DNA of 64,000 bases, from the IMG/VR virus record IMGVR_UViG_3300032018_000003. One strand, given 5' to 3'. The number at the start of each line of letters is the position of its first letter. Position 1 is the first letter of the stretch. The DNA comes from a virus. Lineage: Duplodnaviria > Heunggongvirae > Uroviricota > Caudoviricetes. Made by a program: the position numbers and the translations under genes. Below the pieces are notes generated by a model. The model did no database searches. It worked only from the letters and a program-made list of their open reading frames with translations, and had not been told where the DNA came from. Of this stretch, positions 9,753 through 18,296 are shown piece by piece.

Positions 9753-10156
9753 GTAGCACTTTCGTACTCTGGTAATCCATAAACAATATAACTTTCTAAA
9801 CTTTTAATAACTTCTTCTAACCACAAATACAATTCGTCTTGCGGAACACTTCCTTCACTACATTGGTATCTTAAACAATGTAACGATTTTAATAATTGAA
9901 AATTATTCGGCGTTTTGGTATTATCATTCCATTTAAATTCTGGAACTTTAGAATAGTCATCGTCTCTACAATATCTCATAATAACTGCTTTTTTATTCAT
10001 ATTCCATAATTTGTTTGCTAGTGTTTCAAAATCTTTTGAACTATCTATTTTTTGTTTATCATATAATTCTGAATTTCTTTCTTTAAATTTATTGTTGTAA
10101 AATAATCCCTGAATTATATTGTTCATACATATATCAGATACTATAAAACTACTCAT
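9740..10156 (-). CDS. hypothetical protein (138 aa)
   Basis: ORF from track. Confidence 0.35.
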   Translation of the reverse strand: MSSFIVSDICMNNIIQGLFYNNKFKERNSELYDKQKIDSSKDFETLANKLWNMNKKAVIMRYCRDDDYSKVPEFKWNDNTKTPNNFQLLKSLHCLRYQCSEGSVPQDELYLWLEEVIKSLESYIVYGLPEYESATWDH

Positions 10157-10167
10157 TCGTCTTCACC

Positions 10168-10323
10168 TCAATTCAATTTAGATTTATTATAACAATCCAT
10201 ATTACAAAACACTTTCATAATATGTTGTGTCATATTTCTATAATCAATATCAATCTTAATCTTAACCTTATCAGTATCACTTCTATGAACTAATCTATTA
10301 CAATAATTACATTTGAGTCCCAT
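10168..10323 (-). CDS. small zinc-ribbon protein (51 aa, not in track)
   Basis: Manual translation MGLKCNYCNR...FCNMDC. A GAGGTGA SD lies upstream. Confidence 0.35.
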   Translation of the reverse strand: MGLKCNYCNRLVHRSDTDKVKIKIDIDYRNMTQHIMKVFCNMDCYNKSKLN

Positions 10324-10568
10324 AATTCACCTCGTTATACCCCATTATATAGAGGTTTTTATGTTAAAATACCCCCTAAATTTTGGTTTTAAGGTACTTT
10401 TTTTATATTAAGGTTATTTAACCTTAATAAATGTAATGTAATCAGGATTTCGTTATATCCTTTCAATAGAGAATCGAGAAGATAAGCCTTATCTTCTTGT
10501 GTCGCTTCTCCTGAAAGATATTTTTGAATACTAGTATCTACTTTATTTTCCATTGTTTCATCTCTTTA

Positions 10569-10784
10569 TTAAGAATCTAATTCACACCCACATAAATCAC
10601 AAAAATATTTAAAATTGTTTGTACTGTCATCAAAATAACAATCTGTATCAGTGTCTGCAAATTTCGTTTGTTTTATTTTAACTTCGCCTTCAAACTTATA
10701 TCTTTTAAATGTATTATGTCCACACTCTTTACATTTAATATATTTCATCATCTCACCTCTTATCCGTTGCGTTTTCGTATACAT
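10569..10784 (-). CDS. small zinc-ribbon protein (71 aa)
   Basis: Carries CKECGHN...CDLCGC. Confidence 0.4.
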   Translation of the reverse strand: MYTKTQRIRGEMMKYIKCKECGHNTFKRYKFEGEVKIKQTKFADTDTDCYFDDSTNNFKYFCDLCGCELDS

Positions 10785-10986
10785 AGTCTTCTTTGTTTAA
10801 TTTTTTCATTAACTCTTCTTCGCTCATGTATAATGGTCTTCCACATTTCGGACACGTATATTGTAAATTATTAGTTATTGTGTTTTCAAGAACGTATTCC
10901 GATCCTTTTTTTAATGTACCACTTTCAACTTTATCTCTTCTATAATTAACAAAATCTATTTTATTTTCACATTTTGGACATCTCAT
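10753..10986 (-). CDS. small zinc-ribbon protein (77 aa)
   Basis: Carries MRCPKCEN...CPKCG. Confidence 0.4.
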   Translation of the reverse strand: MRCPKCENKIDFVNYRRDKVESGTLKKGSEYVLENTITNNLQYTCPKCGRPLYMSEEELMKKLNKEDYVYENATDKR

Positions 10987-10987
10987 A

Positions 10988-11134
10988 TTACATCACCTTT
11001 TCAATTTTATCTCGATTAATTTTCGAACATATTGTAATCACATAACAATAACGACATCTACCGAAATCGGTTAATTTATAGTCTATTATCTTATGTCTTT
11101 TTAAACATTTTTCACATATTAAAACTTCTTCCAT
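10988..11134 (-). CDS. small zinc-ribbon protein (48 aa, not in track)
   Basis: Manual translation MEEVLICEKCLKRHK...GRCRYCYVI. Confidence 0.35.
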   Translation of the reverse strand: MEEVLICEKCLKRHKIIDYKLTDFGRCRYCYVITICSKINRDKIEKVM

Positions 11135-11146
11135 AGTATCAACTCC

Positions 11147-12187
11147 TTATGCTGCTTGTAATCCAGAACTCGTTGTTGGTAAAACAACATCTTTTTTCTT
11201 TCGTTTTGGTTTATCTAATAATTCCCAATCAGCAGTTGTGAAATGATAACTGTGTTCATATTTTCCTGTTTTTGTTACTGCCACAAATACTTTAATTCTA
11301 TCTGAATATACTTCAGCAACTTTTCGTATATCACCAGTGTTCATAAATTTTCCTACCGAAGACAAAGATTCTCCGTTATACGATTTAGTTCCTTTCCATT
11401 TTACCAAAACTCCTACACTATATCCCTTAATATTAATCTTTTTCGGTTTTGGTACTTTTACTGGTTTCGGTTTTTTCGGTACTACTCCATCGTATTTTAT
11501 AATGTCTTCTTGTGCTACGAATGCTTCTAAATGTAACGATTTTTTATAACCATCTTCGTTTGCATATAAAACATACGCTGGGTCTGTCCCCGAACGAATT
11601 ATTTCTTTAAATCTATAATAATCTTTATAGTTTGTTTTGTCTGCATTTTTCCACATTAAAAACACATCTTTTTTGTTCGGTATTTTAACTCCGATTGTTC
11701 GTTCTAACATTTTAGGAATCTCACTACTATCTGCCGGTTTATAATAAATCGGACTTAATTGACTAACTAAAACTAATCTTTTTCCTTTGTTTTCGTTATA
11801 CAATTTTTTTAAATCGTCGTGTAACGCATATCCACGATAACCTAAATGACATACTTCAATATCTTCCCATGTCATTTTATCAAGAATATTAGCAAACTCT
11901 TTAAAACTTGCGTCGGTATAACGTTCAGGAACGTCTTCGTTTTCTGTATCTATCCTGACTTCTCGTTTAAACGGGTCCACTTCCAATTTTGTCATTTGAT
12001 CTTCTTTAATTTTATGATAATAACAAATAGTCGCATGTGAATCTACGGTTGCTACTCTATTATTCACCCATTGTTTAAAGTCTGGATTTTTTGTTCTTAT
12101 ACCATTCCAAATTTCTCTTCTTTGGTCCGGTGTAATCCAATACAATTTTCCTGTTTTATCTACAACATAACTTAACATCTGACACAT
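11147..12187 (-). CDS. MCQ-N-terminal family protein, paralog 1 (346 aa)
   Basis: N-terminal module MCQ..S.V..TGK.YW......DSHATIC is shared with 13445..14098. A strong AGGAGG SD lies upstream. Confidence 0.45.
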   Translation of the reverse strand: MCQMLSYVVDKTGKLYWITPDQRREIWNGIRTKNPDFKQWVNNRVATVDSHATICYYHKIKEDQMTKLEVDPFKREVRIDTENEDVPERYTDASFKEFANILDKMTWEDIEVCHLGYRGYALHDDLKKLYNENKGKRLVLVSQLSPIYYKPADSSEIPKMLERTIGVKIPNKKDVFLMWKNADKTNYKDYYRFKEIIRSGTDPAYVLYANEDGYKKSLHLEAFVAQEDIIKYDGVVPKKPKPVKVPKPKKINIKGYSVGVLVKWKGTKSYNGESLSSVGKFMNTGDIRKVAEVYSDRIKVFVAVTKTGKYEHSYHFTTADWELLDKPKRKKKDVVLPTTSSGLQAA

Positions 12188-12253
12188 ATTTAATCCCTCC
12201 TATTTTAATTTCTTTTGAATTCTTATGAACATAAAAAGAAAAAGTAAACAGAC

Positions 12254-12682
12254 TTATACAGTCTGTCCACATTCTTTACATTTACAAACTTCACCAACTA
12301 CTTTAACATCTTTATATGTTTTAAGTCTAGTTAATGTTTTCTTATACTCTGCTTCGTTTTGTACTAATGTATTTCCTCTAATTGTTTCTAATGCTCTGAT
12401 CTGTGCTAATGTTTTTCCTTTATACATTCGTATAACGAACTTCTTAACTTCGTCCACGTGTTTCATTTGATCTTTCGCTTCACAATCTAATTGTCCTGTT
12501 TCTACATTATATTTCCAATTTTGAGTTGCTGATACTCTGTAGAAATTTCTAATCACACTATGCGAATCTGGGTCTGCTTTACCTTTCGCTGCTAATTTTT
12601 TAATCTGTTCTGTTCCTAAGTAGTAGACTTTCTTATTCTTTAAACCTACCACCATACATATACATCCAATTTCTTGACACAT
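12254..12682 (-). CDS. hypothetical protein starting MCQ (142 aa)
   Basis: AGGAGG SD upstream. Shares the MCQ start and ends with CKCKECGQT. Confidence 0.4.
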   Translation of the reverse strand: MCQEIGCICMVVGLKNKKVYYLGTEQIKKLAAKGKADPDSHSVIRNFYRVSATQNWKYNVETGQLDCEAKDQMKHVDEVKKFVIRMYKGKTLAQIRALETIRGNTLVQNEAEYKKTLTRLKTYKDVKVVGEVCKCKECGQTV

Positions 12683-12752
12683 TTTTTCATCCTCCTATTC
12701 GTTTCGTTTTTCTAATTTTATTTATTTCATTAGCGGCGTATAATAAAATAAA

Positions 12753-13448
12753 TTAAAAATCATACATATAATGTCTTTGTGCTTCACGTTCTTCTTGTTC
12801 AATATCTTTATCGGTTTTAGCTTGATCTTCTTTATTCATTGCCGCATAAAGTTTATCGTACTTAGTCCAATCCTCTTCATCTTTTGGTTGTTGTTTCAGT
12901 TTATCTCTAAATCCTAACCAACCGAGAATTCCCTGTTGTCCATAACTACAACTTCCTGTTCCATCATTTTGTCCCCAACCGCTATATCCGCTCCAAACTG
13001 GTTTCGGTCTTATATCAGTAAAGTTCGTAAATTTCTTTCCCGGAACATTTTTAAAAGTAGTTATCTCTTCAACTTTTTGTAATCCGTTCCCTGCTAACAT
13101 ATACTCAACCACACGCGCAATGTCACGTCTAGTTCCATATAAATAACATTCTACAGTTTCATCTTTTAAATTTTCTACTGAACCAAACAATCCATACTTT
13201 TTAGATTGTGTTTCAATAGTGTCTCTAAAAGATACTCCTTGAACCTGTCCTTTAAATATAATATGAAACGTTATTTTTTCATTCACATCATATGTTCTAT
13301 CTACATATGTTACTTGTTCTTTAGTTGTTACTGTCGGTTTATCTTTAATCACTACCACATTTTTATCAACGTTCTTATTATTTTCTTTAATAAATTTGTC
13401 ATAATATCCCTTCTTTTTCCATTTGTTTTTATTACTCATTTTAATCAA
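12753..13448 (-). CDS. acylphosphatase-like domain protein with Gly/Trp-rich C-terminal region (231 aa)
   Basis: FKGQVQGVSFR and GLFGSVENLKDETVECYLYG resemble the two acylphosphatase signatures. Confidence 0.45.
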   Translation of the reverse strand: MIKMSNKNKWKKKGYYDKFIKENNKNVDKNVVVIKDKPTVTTKEQVTYVDRTYDVNEKITFHIIFKGQVQGVSFRDTIETQSKKYGLFGSVENLKDETVECYLYGTRRDIARVVEYMLAGNGLQKVEEITTFKNVPGKKFTNFTDIRPKPVWSGYSGWGQNDGTGSCSYGQQGILGWLGFRDKLKQQPKDEEDWTKYDKLYAAMNKEDQAKTDKDIEQEEREAQRHYMYDF

Positions 13449-14098
13449 TCCTCCTTCTTATCTAGTTTCTTAAAAATAACTTTTCTTATCCGTCGTCCTT
13501 TTGGACATGGATATAAACTATTCTTATAAAAAGTATTTTCATAATTACCTTTAATATATAAACATCTATATTTTATTTCTACTTTATCGTTCCATTGTTT
13601 CTCTTTCACTAATTCTAATACTTTATATTTTCTTCTATAATAATCTAAAACGAAATCGCCAACCTTAATCTTCTTGTTTAATGTAAATAACGGTTTCGGT
13701 TTTAAACAATTATTATCATAATTGATATGTCGTAATTCATTCCTACTAGGAATTAATTCTAATGGAGTATCTTCTAAAATAAGTGTATCTACTTTCGGAT
13801 GTTTCTTTAACCAATACTTTCCTAATTTCATTCTCATCGGGATTAAAGTTCCTGTAATAAATCTTTTAGCATCCCTATCAGTAGAAGTGGTAACACTTGA
13901 ATTATCATCAACTCGCCATTTATTTAATATAGGACAATATTCATATTTACCACAAATATCTTCCTCTGTATTGTTTCCACTAAATTCAGAACATATTGTC
14001 GCATGGGAATCCCATTGTCGACGTCCTTTTCGTTCTTCTATTGGGAACCACAATATCTTCCCTGTCCTCGTTACTGCAAAACTAACAAATTGACACAT
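13445..14098 (-). CDS. MCQ-N-terminal family protein, paralog 2 (217 aa)
   Basis: MCQFVSFAVTRTGKILW...DSHATIC matches the module of 11147..12187. AGGAGG SD upstream. Confidence 0.45.
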   Translation of the reverse strand: MCQFVSFAVTRTGKILWFPIEERKGRRQWDSHATICSEFSGNNTEEDICGKYEYCPILNKWRVDDNSSVTTSTDRDAKRFITGTLIPMRMKLGKYWLKKHPKVDTLILEDTPLELIPSRNELRHINYDNNCLKPKPLFTLNKKIKVGDFVLDYYRRKYKVLELVKEKQWNDKVEIKYRCLYIKGNYENTFYKNSLYPCPKGRRIRKVIFKKLDKKED

Positions 14099-14103
14099 TC
14101 AAA

Positions 14104-14235
14104 TCATTCCTCCTTATACACATTCATAAATTTGTTTTTACATGTTCTACAAGTCCAATAATAAATCCATTCTAAAAACCAAGATTTTCCATCAAACTTT
14201 ATATTATCACTTTTACATTTAGGACAAACCATCAT
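14104..14235 (-). CDS. small zinc-ribbon protein (43 aa, not in track)
   Basis: Manual translation MMVCPKCKSD...WTCRTCKNKF. Its 3' end carries the SD of the MCQ gene. Confidence 0.35.
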   Translation of the reverse strand: MMVCPKCKSDNIKFDGKSWFLEWIYYWTCRTCKNKFMNVYKEE

Positions 14236-14516
14236 AATACCTTCTTATGTTTCAAATCTAAATATATCTTTTTGAAATTATCAATAGTTATTCGTCCTAT
14301 TATAACATACTCTTCCGAACACCTATTTTTATCGTTTGGAATATTCTCCTGTGACAAATCAAGTATATTACTTTCATCAATATTTAAATCAGAAACTTTT
14401 TCTGTTCTGTTTCTAACTATTAAAATATGTTTCTTTGTTTCATCATAATATACATCTGTTCCTAAATTATAAACATACTTCACACTATTAAATATATATC
14501 TCTTTATCATTACCAA
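14232..14516 (-). CDS. hypothetical protein (94 aa)
   Basis: ORF from track. Confidence 0.3.
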   Translation of the reverse strand: MVMIKRYIFNSVKYVYNLGTDVYYDETKKHILIVRNRTEKVSDLNIDESNILDLSQENIPNDKNRCSEEYVIIGRITIDNFKKIYLDLKHKKVL

Positions 14517-14564
14517 CTCACCTCAATATAGTTATCACTACAATAATTATAAATTCAAAAAAAA

Positions 14565-14912
14565 TTACTTTTTGATCAATACTAATCGTCCAATAGACTT
14601 CTCAATTTTAAATCCTTTACACACATCATTTTCTTCAAACTTCTTATTATTGATTTTATAAATTAGATCGTTTAATTCATTCACTATTAATCCAAAGTCA
14701 CTTAAAGAAGTCATTTGTTTATCTTTCAATACAGTTAATATATCAGAACTTAAATCATAAATGTCTGTGTGTTCCTTCTGTGCTAATTCAATAAACAAAT
14801 TTTCAATCGTATATGTTTGTTTGTTTCTTATTCGTTCTGCTTCTTGTTCTAATTCCAAAACTAATTGTTGTTCTTCTAAATCTATTATCATCTGTTGTTC
14901 AACTTCATCCAT
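14565..14912 (-). CDS. hypothetical protein, paralog of 16517..17041 (115 aa)
   Basis: Shared motif NLFIELAQKEHTDIYDLSSDIL compared with SLFRELGQIEHKDVIDLSVDIL. Confidence 0.4.
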   Translation of the reverse strand: MDEVEQQMIIDLEEQQLVLELEQEAERIRNKQTYTIENLFIELAQKEHTDIYDLSSDILTVLKDKQMTSLSDFGLIVNELNDLIYKINNKKFEENDVCKGFKIEKSIGRLVLIKK

Positions 14913-15038
14913 CTTTAATTCACCTTCGTCTTATTTTGTTTATACTATATAATGGTTTTTGTAGTATTTAAATGTTTATGTTTTTAAGTATATAGTTATG
15001 TAACTATTAAAAAGTTACAACAAAAAAATTGCAGGATC

Positions 15039-15263
15039 CTATTTATTCATTTCCTGCATCACGCTTTTAAATAATGGTGTATCTATTCTAATCATATTTA
15101 ATGAATCGTTCTTCAATTGCAAACTCGCAGCGTGCAATTCTTTCGCTCTTGAATTACATCGATTACAAAATTCATTTATACTAATCATATTAGTCTGTGT
15201 TTTTTTATCTATCATATTCATCAACCTCCATATAAGTTTATTATTCATTTTAATCATCTCCAT
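15039..15263 (-). CDS. hypothetical protein (74 aa)
   Basis: ORF from track. Confidence 0.3.
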   Translation of the reverse strand: MEMIKMNNKLIWRLMNMIDKKTQTNMISINEFCNRCNSRAKELHAASLQLKNDSLNMIRIDTPLFKSVMQEMNK

Positions 15264-15585
15264 TCAATATTTTGAATATAGATCTCCGTCTATTACAATG
15301 TATTCGTCTTGGCGATAATCTTTTTGAACTTCTTCTTCCGTATCAAAAATAGATATACCACTATAAATCTTTTTGTATCCTTCCATATTTAAACCTCCGT
15401 TTATAATTTAAATATATTCACATAAAACTATAAATCTGACTAAGCGCAACTTCTTCCATTAACGAACACGATTCTTTTTCTGTCATTGAGTTTTCTTTTA
15501 CTAATTCATCAATAACTTTTTCTACCTTCTTATTAAATTCGATTAACCATTTTTTGTTTTTCATATTTAAACCTCCGTTTATAAT

Positions 15586-15876
15586 TTAAAATAAATCAGG
15601 ATTATAATTATCATCGTCACCATTATAAATAAATGGTTTATCTGGATCCGGAATTAAATCTATTAAATTATCGATATCTACATTCGGCAATTTAGAATAT
15701 TTGATCATTGAATTATCTACTCGTTCAATATCTTTAATCTGTATTATATCGATTAGATTAAAATATTTATCATTAGAAAATTTAAAATTCAAAAACAATT
15801 CTTTCTCGTTTCGTAAAATCTTTATAATTCCATTTGTCACTTCGATTTCCATATCATCAGTCCTCCAACTATTCAA
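15586..15876 (-). CDS. hypothetical acidic protein (96 aa)
   Basis: ORF from track. Confidence 0.3.
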   Translation of the reverse strand: MNSWRTDDMEIEVTNGIIKILRNEKELFLNFKFSNDKYFNLIDIIQIKDIERVDNSMIKYSKLPNVDIDNLIDLIPDPDKPFIYNGDDDNYNPDLF

Positions 15877-15905
15877 AATTCAAAATCAAAATATACATAA
15901 ACCTT

Positions 15906-16232
15906 TTATGGTTCTATATATTTAGTGTCGATTAATTTTTGTATATCGTCTTTAAAAAATTCAAAACTTCTTTTATTGTTAAACATAACGTTTGTTATTC
16001 TTTTTTCTTCGTCTGTTAATATTTTAGATTCGTCATAGCTAATTAAAATATATTCTAATATATATTCTGTTTTCGTTATTATATTTCCTTCCATGTGATC
16101 GTATCTATATAAACTTTTAAATTGAAATTCCATATCGGGATAAATATCTTCAATAGAACTCGGCATCTCTTTTAGATCATTCTGATTAAATTTTCTCGTC
16201 ACCACAAACCTTTCTATTATATTAACATTCAT
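15906..16232 (-). CDS. hypothetical protein (108 aa)
   Basis: ORF from track. Confidence 0.3.
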   Translation of the reverse strand: MNVNIIERFVVTRKFNQNDLKEMPSSIEDIYPDMEFQFKSLYRYDHMEGNIITKTEYILEYILISYDESKILTDEEKRITNVMFNNKRSFEFFKDDIQKLIDTKYIEP

Positions 16233-16496
16233 TATCTCAGTCCTCCAACTATTTAAACTTCAAATCTAATAAGTAATCATAAAAATAAAAAAAGAATCTC
16301 AAGTTATTCAAACTTGAAATTCATTGTCCCAATATTCCATCTCTTCCTGTTCGCTTCTATTATTCATTTTCCGATTCACCCGTTCTTTTAAATTTTAAAT
16401 ATATATGATTATTAAAAAGGAAAATCCTTTTAAAAGTCCATTCAAAAGGATCTATAAATTTGATATACTTATATCTATTAAGTAATCTAAAATAAC

Positions 16497-16529
16497 AAAA
16501 AAAAAAAAATAAAGGTTTAAACAACCTTT
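16497..16529 (-). terminator. hairpin followed by T13 tract (read on minus strand)
   Basis: Stem AAAGGTT/AACCTTT with a 5-nt loop, then 13 T on the minus strand. It sits at the 3' end of gene 16517..17041. Confidence 0.45.
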
Positions 16530-17041
16530 ATAATCTTTTCGATTTTAAAAGTAGTAGGAGTTTCCACTACTTTAAAGTCGTTATACCAATCGGCATCGTT
16601 TCCAATACTACCAACTTCAATATTTTTTTTACTTTCTAATCTATATACATAAACGTTTTTAACGTTATTAACAACGTTTAAAAGTGTTGGGGTATTCCCA
16701 TGTTTATTTGTTTTGTTTTTTAGTATTAAGTGTTTTAATATATCAACACTTAAATCAATTACGTCTTTATGTTCAATTTGTCCGAGTTCCCTAAATAAAC
16801 TACTAATAGTTACTCTATTAGAAGTCGCAATTTTAGATGTCCCATTTTTAATCGACTCGATTTGTTTTTGTAAATCGTCCATTTTTTGTTGTTGTAAAGT
16901 AGTTAACACTTCCGTTATTGGTTTTGTATTAACGTCTTTTAATACAATAGTTTCTTTTGTTTTGTTTTCCATTTTATTCAATCCTCCATATATTATATAT
17001 AACCTTTTGGTTAAATATAAGTTGTTTGTTTTGTTACACAA
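16517..17041 (-). CDS. hypothetical protein, paralog of 14565..14912 (174 aa)
   Basis: Shared 22-aa motif. A TATA-like element plus GGAGG SD lie upstream at 16985-17005. Confidence 0.4.
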   Translation of the reverse strand: MCNKTNNLYLTKRLYIIYGGLNKMENKTKETIVLKDVNTKPITEVLTTLQQQKMDDLQKQIESIKNGTSKIATSNRVTISSLFRELGQIEHKDVIDLSVDILKHLILKNKTNKHGNTPTLLNVVNNVKNVYVYRLESKKNIEVGSIGNDADWYNDFKVVETPTTFKIEKIIKVV

Positions 17042-17100
17042 TAACGTTTAAAACGTTTGTGTTGTGTTTTGTTTTTGTTTTGTTTTGTTTGTTTGGTATA
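17042..17100. repeat. GTTTT/GTTTG-rich tract
   Basis: gttttgtttttgttttgttttgtttgtttgg read directly. Confidence 0.7.
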
Positions 17101-17129
17101 ACACTTTGTTTTATTTGATTGTTTGTGTT

Positions 17130-17630
17130 ATACTAATACTACTATATACCTTTGAGTATATAAATGTTTGTGTTGTGTAACATATACCTTTTATAAAAGA
17201 ATCCCTATTAAATAGTATTACGTTATTGTTACTATATAATAGTATTATTTATTTGTTATTATATAGTAGTAGTTATTAAATTTACAGTAGGATCCTAATT
17301 ATGTTACTATTATATAATAACATTAAACCATAACTACTATAAAGTAATATAAGTCTTAATAGTATATCTCTTCTATATATCTATTATGTATAACAATATA
17401 GTTATACAATTAAGATTATCTTAATAGTATAACTTAATAGTATAACTATATTGTTATATGTAACTACTTAATAGTTTTGATATCTTATAACTACTATATA
17501 GTTTATATTATATGTAACTACTTTAAAGGGATCCTTATTTAATACTACTATATAGTTTAAACTTTTTATAACTACTACTCTCAAGTGTTTAAACACTACT
17601 ACTATAAAGTAACGTTTCAAAATTTCAAAA
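17130..17630. repeat. iteron family A, AACTACTATA(W)AGT and TTAATAGTATAACT copies
   Basis: At least 8 related copies, for example at 17332, 17421, 17434, 17490, 17545, 17568 and 17596. The region has no ORF. Confidence 0.6.
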
Positions 17631-17639
17631 TACCTGCAA

Positions 17640-17935
17640 GTGTAGTAATTTGAAAGTAGTGACACTTTTTTAAAACCTTTTAACTACTTTGAAATAAGTA
17701 TTTGAAGTCGTTATTTAAAAGTGGTAACACCCGAGACGTGCAGGGACGTACTTCTATTTGAAGTGATACGTACCCCCATTTGAAATGGTACGTGACGTAT
17801 AGGGGACGTACCTAGGACGTATATATATTTGAATTAGACGTACCTCGCCTGCATTTGAAAGGGGGTACGTACGTAGGCTAAAAGGGGGTACGTCCTATAT
17901 ATAGACGTAGTATATAAAGGGGGTACGTATCAAGT
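17640..17935 (+). repeat. iteron family B, ATTTGAA(R) plus GGGGGTACGT or GGGACGTAC composite repeats
   Basis: ATTTGAA occurs 7 times. A G-run plus TACGT occurs at 17743, 17769 (inverted), 17802, 17861, 17884 and 17918. This is a local GC-rich island. Confidence 0.65.
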
Positions 17936-18028
17936 GAATTTAGCCATATGTTATCGGTACGCTATAGACTAATATACAAAAAGGTATACCAAATTATCAA
18001 CTATAAAAATTAAAAAGGATTTTTTTTT

Positions 18029-18054
18029 ATTTATTTTCCATATAGAAAATAAAT
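18029..18054. repeat. perfect 10-bp inverted repeat atttattttc / gaaaataaat with 6-nt spacer
   Basis: Read directly. Confidence 0.7.
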
Positions 18055-18158
18055 TTATAAAGACCCCCAAAGATATCTATCCTCAAGGGTTATACTCATA
18101 TCCTTTATAAACTTCCTTTCTATATAGACAATAATTAAATAATACACAACAATACACG

Positions 18159-18296
18159 ATACCAAATATGGAAACGTGGCGATTCTATTAAGCCAGAAGG
18201 GTTATACTACTATTTGTTTATAAAGAACATACTAAAACACAATACCAAATATGGAAACGTGGCGATTCTATTAAGCTAGAAGGGTTATACTACTAT
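18159..18296. repeat. tandem direct repeat, 55-bp unit x2 (18159-18213 and 18242-18296), each preceded by a TTTATAAA TATA-like box
   Basis: The copies differ at 1 position. The period is 83 bp. Confidence 0.8.
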
